The notes beneath the pieces were generated by a model. That model was not told where the DNA came from, searched no databases, and saw only the letters and a program-made list of their open reading frames with translations. DNA of 64,000 bases from Macrostomum lignano (taxonomy: Eukaryota): contig NIVC01001187.1 of NCBI GenBank assembly GCA_002269645.1, positions 62,001 to 126,000 of the forward strand. Direction: 5' to 3'. Within the stretch, counting starts at the first letter, position 1. Each line of letters opens with the position of its first letter. The translations under genes and the position numbers were made by a program. Shown one piece after another: positions 33,660 through 46,497 of the stretch.

Positions 33660-34110
33660 AGTACAGGAAGTTCCCAAAGCACTTCTCTGGCTAGAGTTGG
33701 CGCTAGAGGAACTCGCTAAGATGGGACTCAAAAAAGGTCGTCACTAGCGCCATGCTGGCTGCAAAACTTCGCCCTCACGAGTGCCCAGGTGCCTTTGATG
33801 TTGTTTGTGGGCACAGTTGGATCGTTCGAATCAACGAAATGCAGACAGTGATTGACAAACACCTGGGGAAGCGCACTATATACCTGCCAGCCGTCAGTTA
33901 AAATGCGTGTCCCAGGCAACACACTGCTGAATAATCTGACTCAGCAGAACGGTTGGGTACTTGTACCATCATGCATTTGCGTGTACCTTGCTCGACCATC
34001 CCAAGCACCCAGTGGCCTTCGCGGTAAGCTCCCTGGTGGTATTTGCGATGAAAAAATTGGACTCATCCACTTCAACTTCTCTTCCTTTTATTGGCTTTTT
34101 TATTGCAAAC
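33660..34110 (-). pseudogene. Decayed Merlin/IS1595-family DDE transposase
   Basis: Across frameshifts: EVEVDES, RKYHQG...GHWVLGMVE, LPGTRILTDGWQVY, VNHCLHFVD...TNNIKGTW, ESHLSEFL*R. These are the ISXO2/Merlin motifs. Confidence 0.8.
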
Positions 34111-34459
34111 AAAAAAGAACAATTATTTCTCAGTTTTCGTACAACATATCCTTTATTTTTTTCTCGCTTATCGCACATTCCATTGTCAGCTGCTAGTATT
34201 TTCTCTGTCGTTTGTCAAAAAATGGCACAATTCAGGTACACTAAATGGCACACTATAATAAAAAACGAGAAAAGAACACGGACAATTCGATTTAACAATT
34301 CCACAAGACTTAGCAACAGCCGCAAAAACCAACGTACCACGACGTGAACACCTACAAGTCAACTTATGATTTTTTGACCAAAATATAAAATATGCAGAAG
34401 GTACAAGTGGTCAGTTCAGCCACACTGTTAGAGCGCGACGACAGTCCTTTGGTCAAACC

Positions 34460-35645
34460 TCTCAGCTCTCAACTTCCGCCACCTTCCCGCTCTCAGCTCA
34501 TGCTACCTTCCCGCTCTCAGCTCATGCTACCTTCCCGCTCTCAGCTCCCGCCACCTTCCCGCTCTCAGCTCCCGCCACCTTCCCGCTCTCAGCTCCCGCC
34601 ACCTTCCCGCTCTCAGCTCATGCTACCTTCCCGCTCTCAGCTCCCGCCACCTTCCCGCTCTCAGCTCATGCTACCTTCCCGCTCTCAGCTCCCGCCACCT
34701 TCCCGCTCTCAGCTCCCGCCACCTTCCCGCTCTCAGCTCCCGCCACCTTCCCGCTCTCAGCTCATGCCACCTTCCCGCTCTCAGCTCCCGCCACCTTCCC
34801 GCTCTCAGCTCATGCCACCTTCCCGCTCTCAGCTCATGCTACCTTCCCGCTTTCAGCTCCCGCCACCTTCCCGCTCTCAGCTCATGCTACCTTCCCGCTC
34901 TCAGCTCCCGCCACCTTCCCGCTCTCAGCTCATGCTACCTTCCCGCTCTCAGCTCCGGCCACCTTCCCGCTCTCAGCTCCCGCCACCTTCCCGCTCTCAG
35001 CTCATGCCACCTTCCCGCTCTCAGCTCCCGCCACCTTCCCGCTCTCAGCTCCCGCCACCTTCCCGCTCTCAGCTCATGCCACCTTCCCGCTCTCAGCTCC
35101 CGCCACCTTCCCGCTCTCAGCTCATGCCACCTTCCCGCTCTCAGCTCATGCTACCTTCCCGCTTTCAGCTCCCGCCACCTTCCCGCTCTCAGCTCATGCT
35201 ACCTTCCCGCTCTCAGCTCCCGCCACCTTCCCGCTCTCAGCTCATGCTACCTTCCCGCTCTCAGCTCCGGCCACCTTCCCGCTCTCAGCTCCCGCCACCT
35301 TCCCGCTCTCAGCTCATGCCACCTTCCCGCTCTCAGCTCCCGCCACCTTCCCGCTCTCAGCTCCCGCCACCTTCCCGCTCTCAGCTCATGCCACCTTCCC
35401 GCTCTCAGCTCCCGCCACCTTCCCGCTCTCAGCTCCCGCCACCTTCCCGCTCTCAGCTCATGCTACCTTCCCGCTCTCAGCTCCCGCCACCTTCCCGCTC
35501 TCAGCTCATGCTACCTTCCCGCTCTCAGCTCCGGCCACCTTCCCGCTCTCAGCTCCCGCCACCTTCCCGCTCTCAGCTCATGCCACCTTCCCGCTCTCAG
35601 CTCCCGCCACCTTCCCGCTTTCAGCTCCCGCCACCTTACCGCTCT
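34460..35645. repeat. 24-bp minisatellite (CCGCTCTCAGCTCCCGCCACCTTC and variants)
   Basis: About 49 units inside the foldback interior. Confidence 0.95.
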
Positions 35646-36479
35646 CCTCGCCTCTGCCAAAATTAGATATGGCTTGTCAATGCATGGCTTTTGTGTTATG
35701 GCTATGGGTGATTTGTGAAACCTCACTAACGGTGATCGGAAGTACTAATGCATGCATATGTGCATGCATAGAGTACATGAGCAAGAAACTAACAAGTTAT
35801 GGATAAAAGTAGAGCAAGGGTAAAAGGTACAGATAAACAAAGTTAAAAAATTGACTGTAAATAAAGCTAACATGAACTGTCAATGATACGAATTTCCATT
35901 TGCTGACAGCTCAAGACAAAATCCTTTTAACGACCGTTCCATTCTGAGCTAACTTTGATACGATCACCGCATTGCTGAAGGTTATGGTACGCTTTGCACC
36001 GACTGTAGCGGTGTTCGAGGCGGCTGCTTAGGCAGAACCAGCGGCAGTCCCGGCCGCAGCATCGTTGTTCGAGACGGTGACCAAAGCAAAGGTGCCAATG
36101 GGACAGCAGCTGGGCTTCACCGGTAGCTTTTTCTGAAGGAAGAATGTGCTTTGAATAAGCTGTGCTGCTTGGTACTAATACGAGACTACTTTAGCAGAGG
36201 GTGGAGAAGCAGGGTAGAGCAGACAGCAGAGGGCAGAGCAGGAAGCAAAGCCGTGCGGACAGAGCAGAGGGCAGAAAACCAGGAGGCAGACCAGGGGGGA
36301 AAGAGCAAGGAGGCAGAGCCACTGGTCAGGAGTGAGGGAAGCCATGGGTCAGTAGAGAAAGCCATTGGTCAGGAGAGAGGGAAACAAGGGTCAGGAGTGA
36401 GGGAATCCAGGGTTCAGGAGAGAGGGAGCCAAGGGACAGGAGGGAGGGAAGCCACGAGTCAGAAGGGAGGGAATCTACA

Positions 36480-38070
36480 GGTCAGGAGGGAGGGAAACTG
36501 TGGGTCAGGAGGGAGGGAAGCCAGGGTCATGGGGAAGAGAAGCGAGGGTCAAGGGGAGAGAAGCCAGGGTCAGGGGGAGAGAAGATAGGGTCAGGGGGAG
36601 AGAAGCCAGGGTCAAGGGAGGGAAGCCAGGGTCAGGGAAAGGAAGCCAGGGTCAGGGGGAGAGAAGCCAGGGTCAAGGGAGGGAAGCCAGGGTCAGGGGA
36701 GGGAAGCCAGGGTCGGGGAAAGAAGCCAGGGTCAGGGGAAGGAAGCCAGGGTCAGAGCAGGGAAGCCAGGGTCAGGGGGAGAGAAGCCAGGGGTCAGTAA
36801 GGAGAAAAGCCAGGCCAGGCAGAGAGAAGCCAGGGTCAGGGGAGAGAATCCAGGGCCAAGTGGAGAGAAGCCAGGGTCAAGGGAGGGAAGCCAGGGTCAG
36901 GGTAGAGAAGCCAGGGCCAAGTGGAGAGAAGCCAGGGTCAAGGGAGGGAAGCCAGGGTCAGGGGGAGAGAAGCTAGAGTCAAGGGAGGGAAGCCAGGGTC
37001 AGAGGAGGGAAGCCAGGGTCAGGGGAGGGAAGCCAGGGTCAGGGGAGGGAAGCCAGGGTCAGGAGGGAGGGAAGCCAGGGCCAGGCAGAGAGAAGCCAGG
37101 GTCAGGGGAGAGAACCCAGGGTCAGGGGAGGGAAGCCAGGATCAGGGGAGGGAAGCCAGGGTCAGGGGGAGAGAAGCCAGGGCCAAGTGGAGGGAAGCCA
37201 GGGTCAGGGGAGGGAAGCCAGGGTCAGGGGAGGGAAGCCAGGGTCAGGGGAGGGAAGCCAGGGTCAGGGGAGGGAAGCCAGGGTCAGGGGAAGAGAGAAG
37301 CCAGGGTCAGGGGAGAGAAGCCAGGGTCAAGAGGAGGGAAGCCAGGGTCAGGGGAAGGAAGCCAGGGTCAGGGGGAGAGAAGCCAGGGCCAAGTGGAGAG
37401 AAGCCAGGGTCAAGGGGAGAGAAGCCAGGGTCAGGGGAGGAGAGAAGCCAGAATCAGGGGAGGAGAGAAGCCAGGGTCAGGGGGAAAGAAGCCAGGGCCA
37501 GGTGGAGAGAAGCCAGGGGTCAGTAAGGAGAAAAGCCAGGGCCAGGCAGAGAGAAGCCAGGGTCAGGGGAGGGAAGCCAGGGTCAAGGGAGAAAAGCCAG
37601 GGTCAGGGGAAGGAAGCCAGGGTCAGGGCAGGGAAGCCAGGGTCAGGGGGAGAGAAGCCAGGGGTCAGTAAGGAGAAAAGCCAGGCGAGGCAGAAAGAAG
37701 CCAGGGTCAAGGGAGGAGAGAAGCCAGGGTCAGGGGAGGAGAAAAGCCAGGGTCAAGGGAGGAAAGCCAGGATCAGGGAATTGAAGCCAGGGTCAGGGGG
37801 ACAGAAGCCAGGGCCAAGTGGAGAGAAGCCAGGGTCAAGGGGAGAGAAGCCAGGGTTAGGGGAAGGAAGCCAGGGTCAGGGGAGGAGAGAAGCCAAGGTC
37901 AGGGGAGGAGAGAAACCAGGGTCAGGGGAGAAGAGAAGCCAGGGTCAGGGGAGGTAAGCCAGGGTCAGGGAGGGAGAAGCCAGGGGTCAGTAAGGAGAGA
38001 AGCCAGGGTCAGGGGGAGGGAAGCCAAGGTCAAGGAAGGGAAGCCAGGGTTAGAAGGAGGAAATCCAAGG
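36480..38070. repeat. ~20-bp purine-rich array (GAAGCCAGGGTCAGGG...) in the right foldback arm
   Basis: Inverted counterpart of 27580-29260. Confidence 0.92.
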
Positions 38071-38901
38071 TTAGGGGAGAGGGTAACTTATCTAGTAAGT
38101 TAGCTAAATCTATTCATTAAGTCCAAGTCAGTCAATAAGCTAGGCCCAGGCTTAGTGCTCAATAGGCTTTCCTACACACATAGGGCTATAGCTAAATAAA
38201 TAGAATTTAATTGAATTGAAGCCTTTTTATAATTGAATAAAAGCAGCTTATAAGTTACTTCTCAAAATATTAGACCTACATTTATATTTCAAATGCCTGT
38301 ATTATTAATTAACTGACACGTGACAAGCTTAAACTATAGAACAAAATTACTTAAGCAATAACATAATAATGCACAAGAAATTTCAGAAAAGCTCCTTTCA
38401 TTTATCTTGTACACGAAGCCTTCACTTGTTTAGTCTAGTGCATAGGCCAGCACAGCAATGCACAGTAGCACAACAAATATGCCTTAAAAGCTTTTGTTGA
38501 ACGTTGAACACAGGAACCCTAGCTCATTCCTGTAAATTTTGTTTTCAAATTACATGCAAGCGAATTAATATTAACAAACGTCGATTTTTATACTGCAAAT
38601 TGTTATTAAACACCCGTTAAAAGCTTTCAATTGATACACTCCCATTTGATTGTATGGGAGCGCGCTTTGGGCCCGTCTAGCCGGGAGAAGCGAGAGCTCG
38701 AGAGCGCGCTTTCCTGCCGGTTAGCCCGATGATTTTGTAAGCTTTTGGCCCGGCTAGCCGGTTGTCGTCGGGTGAGGAACATTATTACGACCGGTGGACG
38801 ATGTAAGGTAGGTGCTAGAATGCGCAGTAAAGAAGTATGCTAAAACCGCAATGTAAATTGTTTAGGTGGAATTCACATTGGTTTCCTTTAACTTCCTTTA
38901 A

Positions 38902-39653
38902 GGCAGTGCTTATCCCCACGGTACCGTAGGAATAATTTCTGTCTTATTCCAACGGTACCGTGCGAATAATTTTCTGCTTATCCGCACGGCACACTGAGGA
39001 GATGGCTGCCCTATCTTTTATATATGTGCCGTGGGAATAATTTTCTGCTTATCCGCACGGCACACTGACGAGATAGTTGCCCTATCTTCTACAAAGTAGT
39101 AGTAGTAGCAAGAGAATTTGGCTCAGGCAATTAGCCTGTTTGGCCAATATATTATAGAGCTATGTATTTGGCTCTATAAGCCGACGTGGGGGAAGTTCAG
39201 TACATACGATTTGAGTGCAGTATAACAACATAACTTGGCTTGAACATTTGTTCTAAAGAAATAAAGATTTAACGACTTTTCTATGAGAAAGAATTTTTTT
39301 GTGTAGTAACAAATGATTTAAATTAAATTAACTCTAAGAATTGTTTATTATTTAAATTTATTGTATCCTCAGTTCAAATTCCCTTTCAATAAGCTATAAA
39401 CTATTCACGCACAGCATATATATGTAGCAGATAGGGCAGCTAGTTAAGCAGAGGGAATAAAACAGAGGACGTGTAGGCAGCTATCTCGTCAGTGTGCCGT
39501 GCAGATAAGCAGAAAATTATTCCCACGGCATATGTAGAAGATAGGGCAGCTATCTCCTTAGTGTGCCGTGCGGATAAGCAGAAAATTATTCGCACGGTAC
39601 CGTTGGAATAAGACAGAAATTATTCCTACGGTACCGTGGGGATAAGCACTGCC
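38902..39653. mobile_element. MITE with ~180-bp TIRs and 9-bp TSD (Mutator- or Merlin-type)
   Basis: GGCAGTGCTTATCCCCACGGTACC / GGTACCGTGGGGATAAGCACTGCC; TSD TTCCTTTAA at 38893-38901 and 39654-39662. Confidence 0.88.
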
Positions 39654-41293
39654 TTCCTTTAATTGTACTTAAGAATAGTATCGCCAACAAGGACTATTCA
39701 AATAGACAGCCAGGAAACGGACTGAAACCTCGTGCAGAATCCACAGTGGAATGATAACCGTAATAAACTAATGAACTAAGTGGAATGAACTATGGATTAT
39801 ACTAAATTTAGGTAAAATGCATATGCAGGGTAGCAGAAGTGCACTATGAACTATATATATAATCTTACAACAATAATTTATAAAGCCTTCAAAATTTGAC
39901 AAAACTGCTACCATAGTAGGCCCCTACCTACTAAAGAGAAAATTATGGAAATATTTTCACCACCTATCGGCCATATTATTCATGAAAGAACCTATACTTA
40001 CTACTTTGAGTAAGCCTAATAAATGCTACTATTTTTAGTTAAGTTTGCCTCTATAAAATCATACTAAAATTTCATTATATATCCTTTTCATGTTCACATT
40101 GCTGTATAGTAAATAGGTATAGCAGCGATTTCTTAGTTTCCCGCATTTAATTATAACCCCCATCCCTCAACCACCCTTGAATAGAGGGCGAAATAATTCC
40201 GTAAAATAATTAAACGCGGGAATCTTCAAGATTGCCGGTATAGCTATAGTATAGGCCTATGTATTTAGAATTACAATTTTTTATTCCAATATTTTGCATT
40301 TTTATCTTTAAGTTAATAGATTCCACAATTTATTCCACAATTTACCATTCCACTATGGATTCTACATTTTTTATTCTATTCTATTCTAATTTTACTACAG
40401 ATTCTACATTTTATTGGGTAGGCCTAGGCCTATCCTCCATAGTCCCGATCATGCTGGATGCATACCCCAACAAGAATTGAATAATTACAAATGCATGCAA
40501 AAAATTTAATACATGTCTATTCTTAAAACTATGCCAGTGTGGTGACAATAAATGACTTTTACATTGTGACCATAAATTACCTTTTCTGAATTGCATAATG
40601 AACCTTTTGAAAAATAATTTGGTTCATTTTTTGTCATTTTTTTATTTTTCATTTTTTGACACTACTATAGGCCCCCTAGTACTATTTATAGTGGAAAATT
40701 AATACATACAAAGATTTGTTTAAATGCTTTATTACAGGCTTAAAAAACCTGGAAGGCTTGATATTTATGCTTAAAATGAACCCATTTTCATCTTTTTTCT
40801 ACTTTATAATAACTCTTCCATATGATTCTATGAAGTGCAGGCCAGGTATGCATGCACACTATTTTTTAGGAGTGATGCACGCCAACTTTGCACACTTACT
40901 TTTGGCATGCAAGGTCAATGCATGTCTAAATTTTTGTGTATATACCATATGATCTGGAGTATGTGGTACCCTATTGATATTCCTAAAAACCTATGTCAAT
41001 ATCTTTTTAAGCTTTTTGGTTAGAAAACTAGGGACAGGGTCCTGCTAATTTTATATTGAATATACTATATAGGGCCTAATTGTATTTCCTATGAATATAA
41101 ATATTAAAAATGGCATGGTTTGGCTTATTCCTTGGTTTTATGAATCTATTTTATAATTCTTAGCTAACTATAGGGGTTTATATCAATTTATATATAATAA
41201 TATAGCAAATTTCAGCCAATTAAGCTAACTGGTAACTGGTCTAGCTAAGGTAAGTCCAACTAAGCTGCAAAAATGCCAACCTAGAAAATAGTA

Positions 41294-42086
41294 CAAAGGG
41301 TGTTTCAAAAGTAACAAGAATTTTGTTATAACTTTTGATTGGATAAACATATGAACTTGAAATTTTCACCTAATATGAACAACTAATAGCTTTATATTTT
41401 AAGCCTTATATAGCTGTATGCAATTATGTAATTGTATATGAAGGTCCATGCCTCGATATTGAAGATTACAATTTTTGTCTGGCAAAAAGACTCAAAAAGT
41501 TTAAAATTTAAAGGCTTTTAAACTTTTGCTGCTAAATTTGGCTACTTCTCATAAGGGCCCACTCTTTCTGCTTTCTATATGGGCAAAGTTGCTTGGGAAT
41601 AATCTTGCAGTTTTGAGCTGCATAGCATTCCTGATTAAAGCTGCAATTTCTGACTTATGTGGCCACAGAATATTCTGTGAAAGTGGCTCAATTTTTTCCA
41701 ACTGAGACTATAGATGGTCCAAAAATCTGTAAGTTTTTTTAGAGGAGGAAATTAACAAAACTGGTGCATTGCTGCGAGAAGGGTATCTAGATAAATGGCA
41801 GCTTTGTAGAGCTTGCTGAAATTGCTGAAGAAATGAAAAATGGTGCTGGATTTTTGACTTGATGAACACATTCAAACTTGGTTACTTTTGTCTTTTGCCA
41901 TAGACAAAAATTGTAATTTAAAATTTTGAGGCATGATCTTTCATTTAGGATTACACAGTTGCGTGCAGCTATATAAGGCTTAAAATATAAAGCTATTAGT
42001 TGTTCATGTTAGGTGAAAATTCCAGGTTCATACTCATCCAATCAAAAGTTATAACAAAATTCTCGTTACTTTTGAAACATCCCTCG
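41294..42086. mobile_element. Tc1/mariner-type MITE
   Basis: ~130-bp imperfect TIRs (CAAAGGGTGTTTCAAAAG / CTTTTGAAACATCCCTCG) flanked by TA. Confidence 0.8.
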
Positions 42087-42829
42087 TAGTACCTAATTAG
42101 ATGACAAGACATTTATTCTTAATCATATAATTATATATAGTTACGAGGCCTACTTTGCCATTTACCCAAAATTATAATAATTTTTGCTTTATTTGGGGTT
42201 TTTCATAAGTTAAATAGCATTTTTGGTCAAAAAGTAAATCATTATAATTTAATTTACTGACCTCTACAATTTAAAATTGTAGAGGTCAGTTTGGCATTAG
42301 GCCTAATGAAACATCAAATTTTAGGGTTATATTGTCATGGAAAAATATTATATTTTTTATTGATTAATGTAATTTTTTATTTTTGGTATGTATCATATAC
42401 CAAAATATTAAAATTGTATGTTAAAAACCCAAAATCACTTTTTGTACTGCAACATATATTCCAAATTTCTTGATTGATAGACATCTGTTTTCTAAATTGG
42501 ATATTTTGTTAAATATACAATAAATTGTCTCTTTTTTGTTGATATTTTTTACATTGTGCTTTAAAATGTAAAAAATATGTTTAAGTGAAAACTAAGTTGC
42601 ATGGCTAGTATAAATGGAGAAGCTATATATATAAACTAGACTATGAATCTGACTATCAAAAAATGAAAATAAATTACCATATTATAATTACAGTTTATAT
42701 TTAGTGTTATAGCTAGGGGGGCATGATCATAAAAATATATAGAATGACTTCAATTTCATTTTAAATTATTATGCTTTATTGTTTCATTTTGTTTAATTCA
42801 ACTTTTTGGTTTAAACTTTGCTGCCAGGC

Positions 42830-45800
42830 ATGGCCCATCGCTACAGAGAGGGCGAGTATGACATCCGCAAGGATGAGGACCAGGAGGCCAAGGAGGCCGA
42901 GTGCCTTCAGCTGCTGGTCTCTGCTGGCTACTTCCGTGCCAGAATCCGTGGCCTCTCCGCCTTCGACAAGCTGGTAGGCGGCCTCTGCTGGTGCGTGCAG
43001 GGCTGCAGCGTTGACATTGACGCCGACCTGCTGTTCCACGAGGGCTCCAGCATCGGGCAGAAGATCGCCCTCACAGAGAAAATCGTGCGAGCCCTCCGCA
43101 GGATGCGCTGTCCGCACGCCATCGAGCCGCACCAGATCCAGGGCCGCGACTTCGTCCACGTGTTCCCCGTGGTGCAGTGGCTGGTCACCCAGGTGATCGG
43201 CAGGCGGGACCAGATGACTGCCGACTGGCGCCAGTTCGCTGTTGAGCAGTACCGCCTGCTGCAGCCCAGCGCTGCTCACCAGCCCGCCAGTCAGCCCGAG
43301 CTGGCTGCGGCCGCGGCGGCGCTCGCGGATCGGCGGGCGCAGCTGAAGGCGGCGTTTCCAACTCAGCGGCGGCTGCGCAAGCCGGCCGCGTATCGGGGCG
43401 CGCAGGTGCCGGAGGAGACGCAGGTGAGCATCTTCTAGGCTGGGGATGCGGCACTCTGAGCCCAGGTGTCAGAAATGCCCCTCTGAGCCCAGGTGTCAGA
43501 AATGGCACTCTGAGCCCAGGTGTCAGAAATGCCACTCTGAGCCCAGGTGTCAGAAATGCCACTCTGAGCCCAGGTGTCAGAAATGGCACTCTGAGCCCAG
43601 GTGTCAGAAATGCCACTCTGAGCCCAGGTGTCAGAAATGGCACTCTGAGCCCAGGTGTCAGAAATGGCACTCTGAGCCCAGGTGTCAGAAATGCCACTCT
43701 GAGCCCAGGTGTCAGAAATGCCACTCTGAGCCCAGGTGTCAGAAATGCCACTCTGAGCCCAGGTGTCAGAAATGGCACTCTGAGCCCAGGTGTCAGAAAT
43801 GCCACTCTGAGCCCAGGTGTCAGAAATGGCACTCTGAGCCCAGGTGTCAGAAATGGCACTCTGAGCCCAGGTGTCAGAAATGCCACTCTGAGCCCAGGTG
43901 TCAGAAATGGCACTCTGAGCCCAGGTGTCAGAAATGGCACTCTGAGCCCAGGTGTCAGAAATGGCACTCTGAGCCCAGGTGTCAGAAATGGCACTCTGAG
44001 CCCAGGTGTCAGAAATGGCACTCTGAAGCCAGGTGACAGATTACAGAAATGGCACTCTGAGCCCAGGTGTCAGAAATGGCATGGGATTCCGCTATCAAGA
44101 GATCCTCAAACTTGTCGGCCAGGTGCGAACTACTTTGCTAGAGTACAATGGCGGACTCGGCACAGGGGTCACCGGTGCAGGAACTGGTGCTGCTGGCGCC
44201 ACAGGTGCTGGTGGAGCCGGTAGCGGTGCCGCCTCGGAGCTCGCCGAGATGGGCGAAGCCGGGCAGCAAAAGCGGCTGGCGGCCAGCCTCGTCGGCACCA
44301 TCGTCGGCCTGCAGTCGGCCGACATTCAACGAGCCCTGCTGGACTTCGGGGTCAAGCAGACGGAGCTGGCACAGCAGATGGAGAGCCTTCGGCAGCTGAG
44401 CCCCGAGCAGCAGCAGCGGGTGCGCGATGGCATGGAGGAGCGGCTGGAAACCGCGAGGTGAGCCGTCTATGAGACTCCATCAGTGCTCACACAGCCTGTA
44501 AGACTCCATCACTGCTCACACAGCATGAGACTCCATCACTGCTTACACAGCCTGAGACTCCATCACTGCTCACACAGCCTGAGACTCCATCACTGCTCAC
44601 ACAGCCTGAGACTCCATCACTGCTCACACAGCCTGTGAGACTCCATCACTGCTCACACAGCCTGTGAGACTCCATCACTGCTCACACAGCCTGTGAGACT
44701 CCATCACTGCTCACACAGCCTGTGAGACTCCATCACTGCTCACACAGCCTGAGACTCCATCACTGCTCACACAGCCTGTGAGACTCCATCACTGCTCACA
44801 CAGCACTGACGCTGTCCTCCCCGCAGGCAGCAGGCGGAGCAGGCGGCAGAGCGAGAGCGGGCAGCTCGCGAACGCCGAGATGTCGAAGTCGCTCGAGTTG
44901 CCGCGGCCGAGCAGCAGCGCGCCGATTTCGCGGCGCAACTATCGGCGCTCGGCGCGGTGGCGCAGGACCCGCGTGCCGCGGCCCGCCTTGACCGCCTGGT
45001 GGCGGCAGCCGAGGAGCTGCGGCAGCGCGAGGCCGAGCAGAAGGCGACGCTTCGGGCCGAGGCGGCCGAGCTGGAGGCTGAGCTGGCCAGGCTGCGGGAC
45101 CGGGCGGCCGCTGCCGGCGACGTTGAAGCCGAGGCGGCGAACAGCGAGCGCGTTGCCAAGGCAACCGAGCAGGCGGCTGCGGCGGCCGAGCGGCTGGCGG
45201 CGGCCCGCGCCCAGCTGGCCGAGGCGAGCCGCGCCTGCGCCTCGCTGCGCCGCAGAATTGATGAGTTCCCCAGCCAGGTGAGGTGTATTATCAGTCTCCA
45301 ATGACCAATTCCCCATGACCAACATGACCCGATCTCCATGATCAATCTCCCCATGAACGATCCATATGACCAATCTCGTGAACAATCCCTATAAACAATC
45401 TCCCCATAACTAATCTCATCATGACCAATCTCATCATGACCAAATCTTCTATGACAAATCTCATCATGACCAAATTCCCCATGACCAAATTCCCCATGAC
45501 CAATCTCATCATGACTAATCTCATCATGACCAATCTTATGACTAATCTAATCATGACCAATCTCATCATTACCAATCTCATCATGACCAATCTCATCATG
45601 ACCAAATCCCCCATGACAAATCTCATCATGACCAATCTTATCATGACCAATCTCATCATGACCAATCTCATCATTACCAATCTCATTATGACCAATCTCA
45701 TCATGAACAATCTCATCATTACCAATCTCATCATGACCAATCTCATCATGACCAATCTCATCATGACCAATCTCATCATTACCAATCTCATCATGACTAA

Positions 45801-46237
45801 TCTCATCATGACCAATCCCCCAGGAGGAGGCCAGCCAGTACATGCGGCGGCTGCTTGAGCTGGCTGAGCAGGCGGCCACACTGCACCGTCAGACCAAGCA
45901 GTTCTACTGCCTGTACAACTCTGCCTGCTCGCTTCGCGAACTGCTGGAGCGCGAGATCCAACTGCTGACATCGGTGGAGGACAACTACAGGCAGACGGAG
46001 CGGTCACCGGCAGGCAGGCAGGAGCTGGCCGGCCAGCTGGAGAAGATCGTGGAGAGCGCCAGGCAGAACCAGAGCCAAGCAGAGCGGCGGCTGACCACGG
46101 AGAAGGCCAAGCGGGACGGCCTGAACTCTGAGTACCTGCGGCTGGTGGAGAGCGAGCGGCGGTATAACAAGCTGGTGAAGGACTTCAGGGCCGAGGCCGC
46201 CAAGAATGAGCGGCTCAGTGCCCTCAGCGCGGCGTAG
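42830..46237 (+). CDS. CCDC93: Coiled-coil domain-containing protein 93 (CCC/Commander complex)
   Basis: Exons 42830-43423, 44123-44457, 44827-45277, 45824-46237 (597 aa). LLVSAGYFRARIRGLSAFDKLVGG, CPHAIEPHQIQG.DF..VFPVVQWLV, IDEFPSQEE, TKQFY.LYN, NE.L at the C-terminus. Confidence 0.95.
43450..44080. repeat. 27-bp intronic minisatellite (CTCTGAGCCCAGGTGTCAGAAATGGCA)
   Basis: CCDC93 intron 1. Confidence 0.95.
44470..44805. repeat. 27-29-bp intronic minisatellite (GTGAGACTCCATCACTGCTCACACAGCCT)
   Basis: CCDC93 intron 2. Confidence 0.94.
45300..45815. repeat. 15-bp intronic minisatellite (ATGACCAATCTCATC)
   Basis: CCDC93 intron 3. Confidence 0.93.
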
Positions 46238-46244
46238 CGTCTTA

Positions 46245-46497
46245 ACTCATTCACGCTGTCTGATTCACTCATTCACGATGTCTGATTCACTCATTCACGC
46301 TGTCTGATTCACTCATTCACGCTGTCTGAATCACTCATTCACGATGTCTGATTCACTCATTTACGATGTCTGATTCACTCATTCACGATGTCTGATTCAC
46401 TCATTCACGAAGTCTGATTCACTCTTTCAAGCTGTTTGATTCACTCATTCACGCTGTCTGTTTCACGCATTCACGCTGTCTGATTCACTCATTCACT
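46245..46497. repeat. 22-bp minisatellite (TCACTCATTCACGCTGTCTGAT) just after the CCDC93 stop
   Basis: Tandem copies in the probable 3' UTR. Confidence 0.92.

Larger units (their letters stand above)
26750..38774. mobile_element. 12-kb foldback (Galileo/P-like?) non-autonomous element with ~2.7-kb inverted arms
   Basis: Termini CACCCGACGACAAC / GTTGTCGTCGGGTG; 7-bp TSD AGGAACA (26743-26749, 38775-38781); arms ~26750-29600 and ~36090-38774 are reverse complements. Superfamily is inferred from TSD length only. Confidence 0.85.

Noticed and set aside
34392-35666. 424-aa PPPSRSQL ORF
   Set aside because: Pure 24-bp satellite inside a transposon; no signal peptide or domain.
27543-37957. Many GREARVRG / RSQGQG ORFs
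   Set aside because: Translations of the foldback arm arrays.
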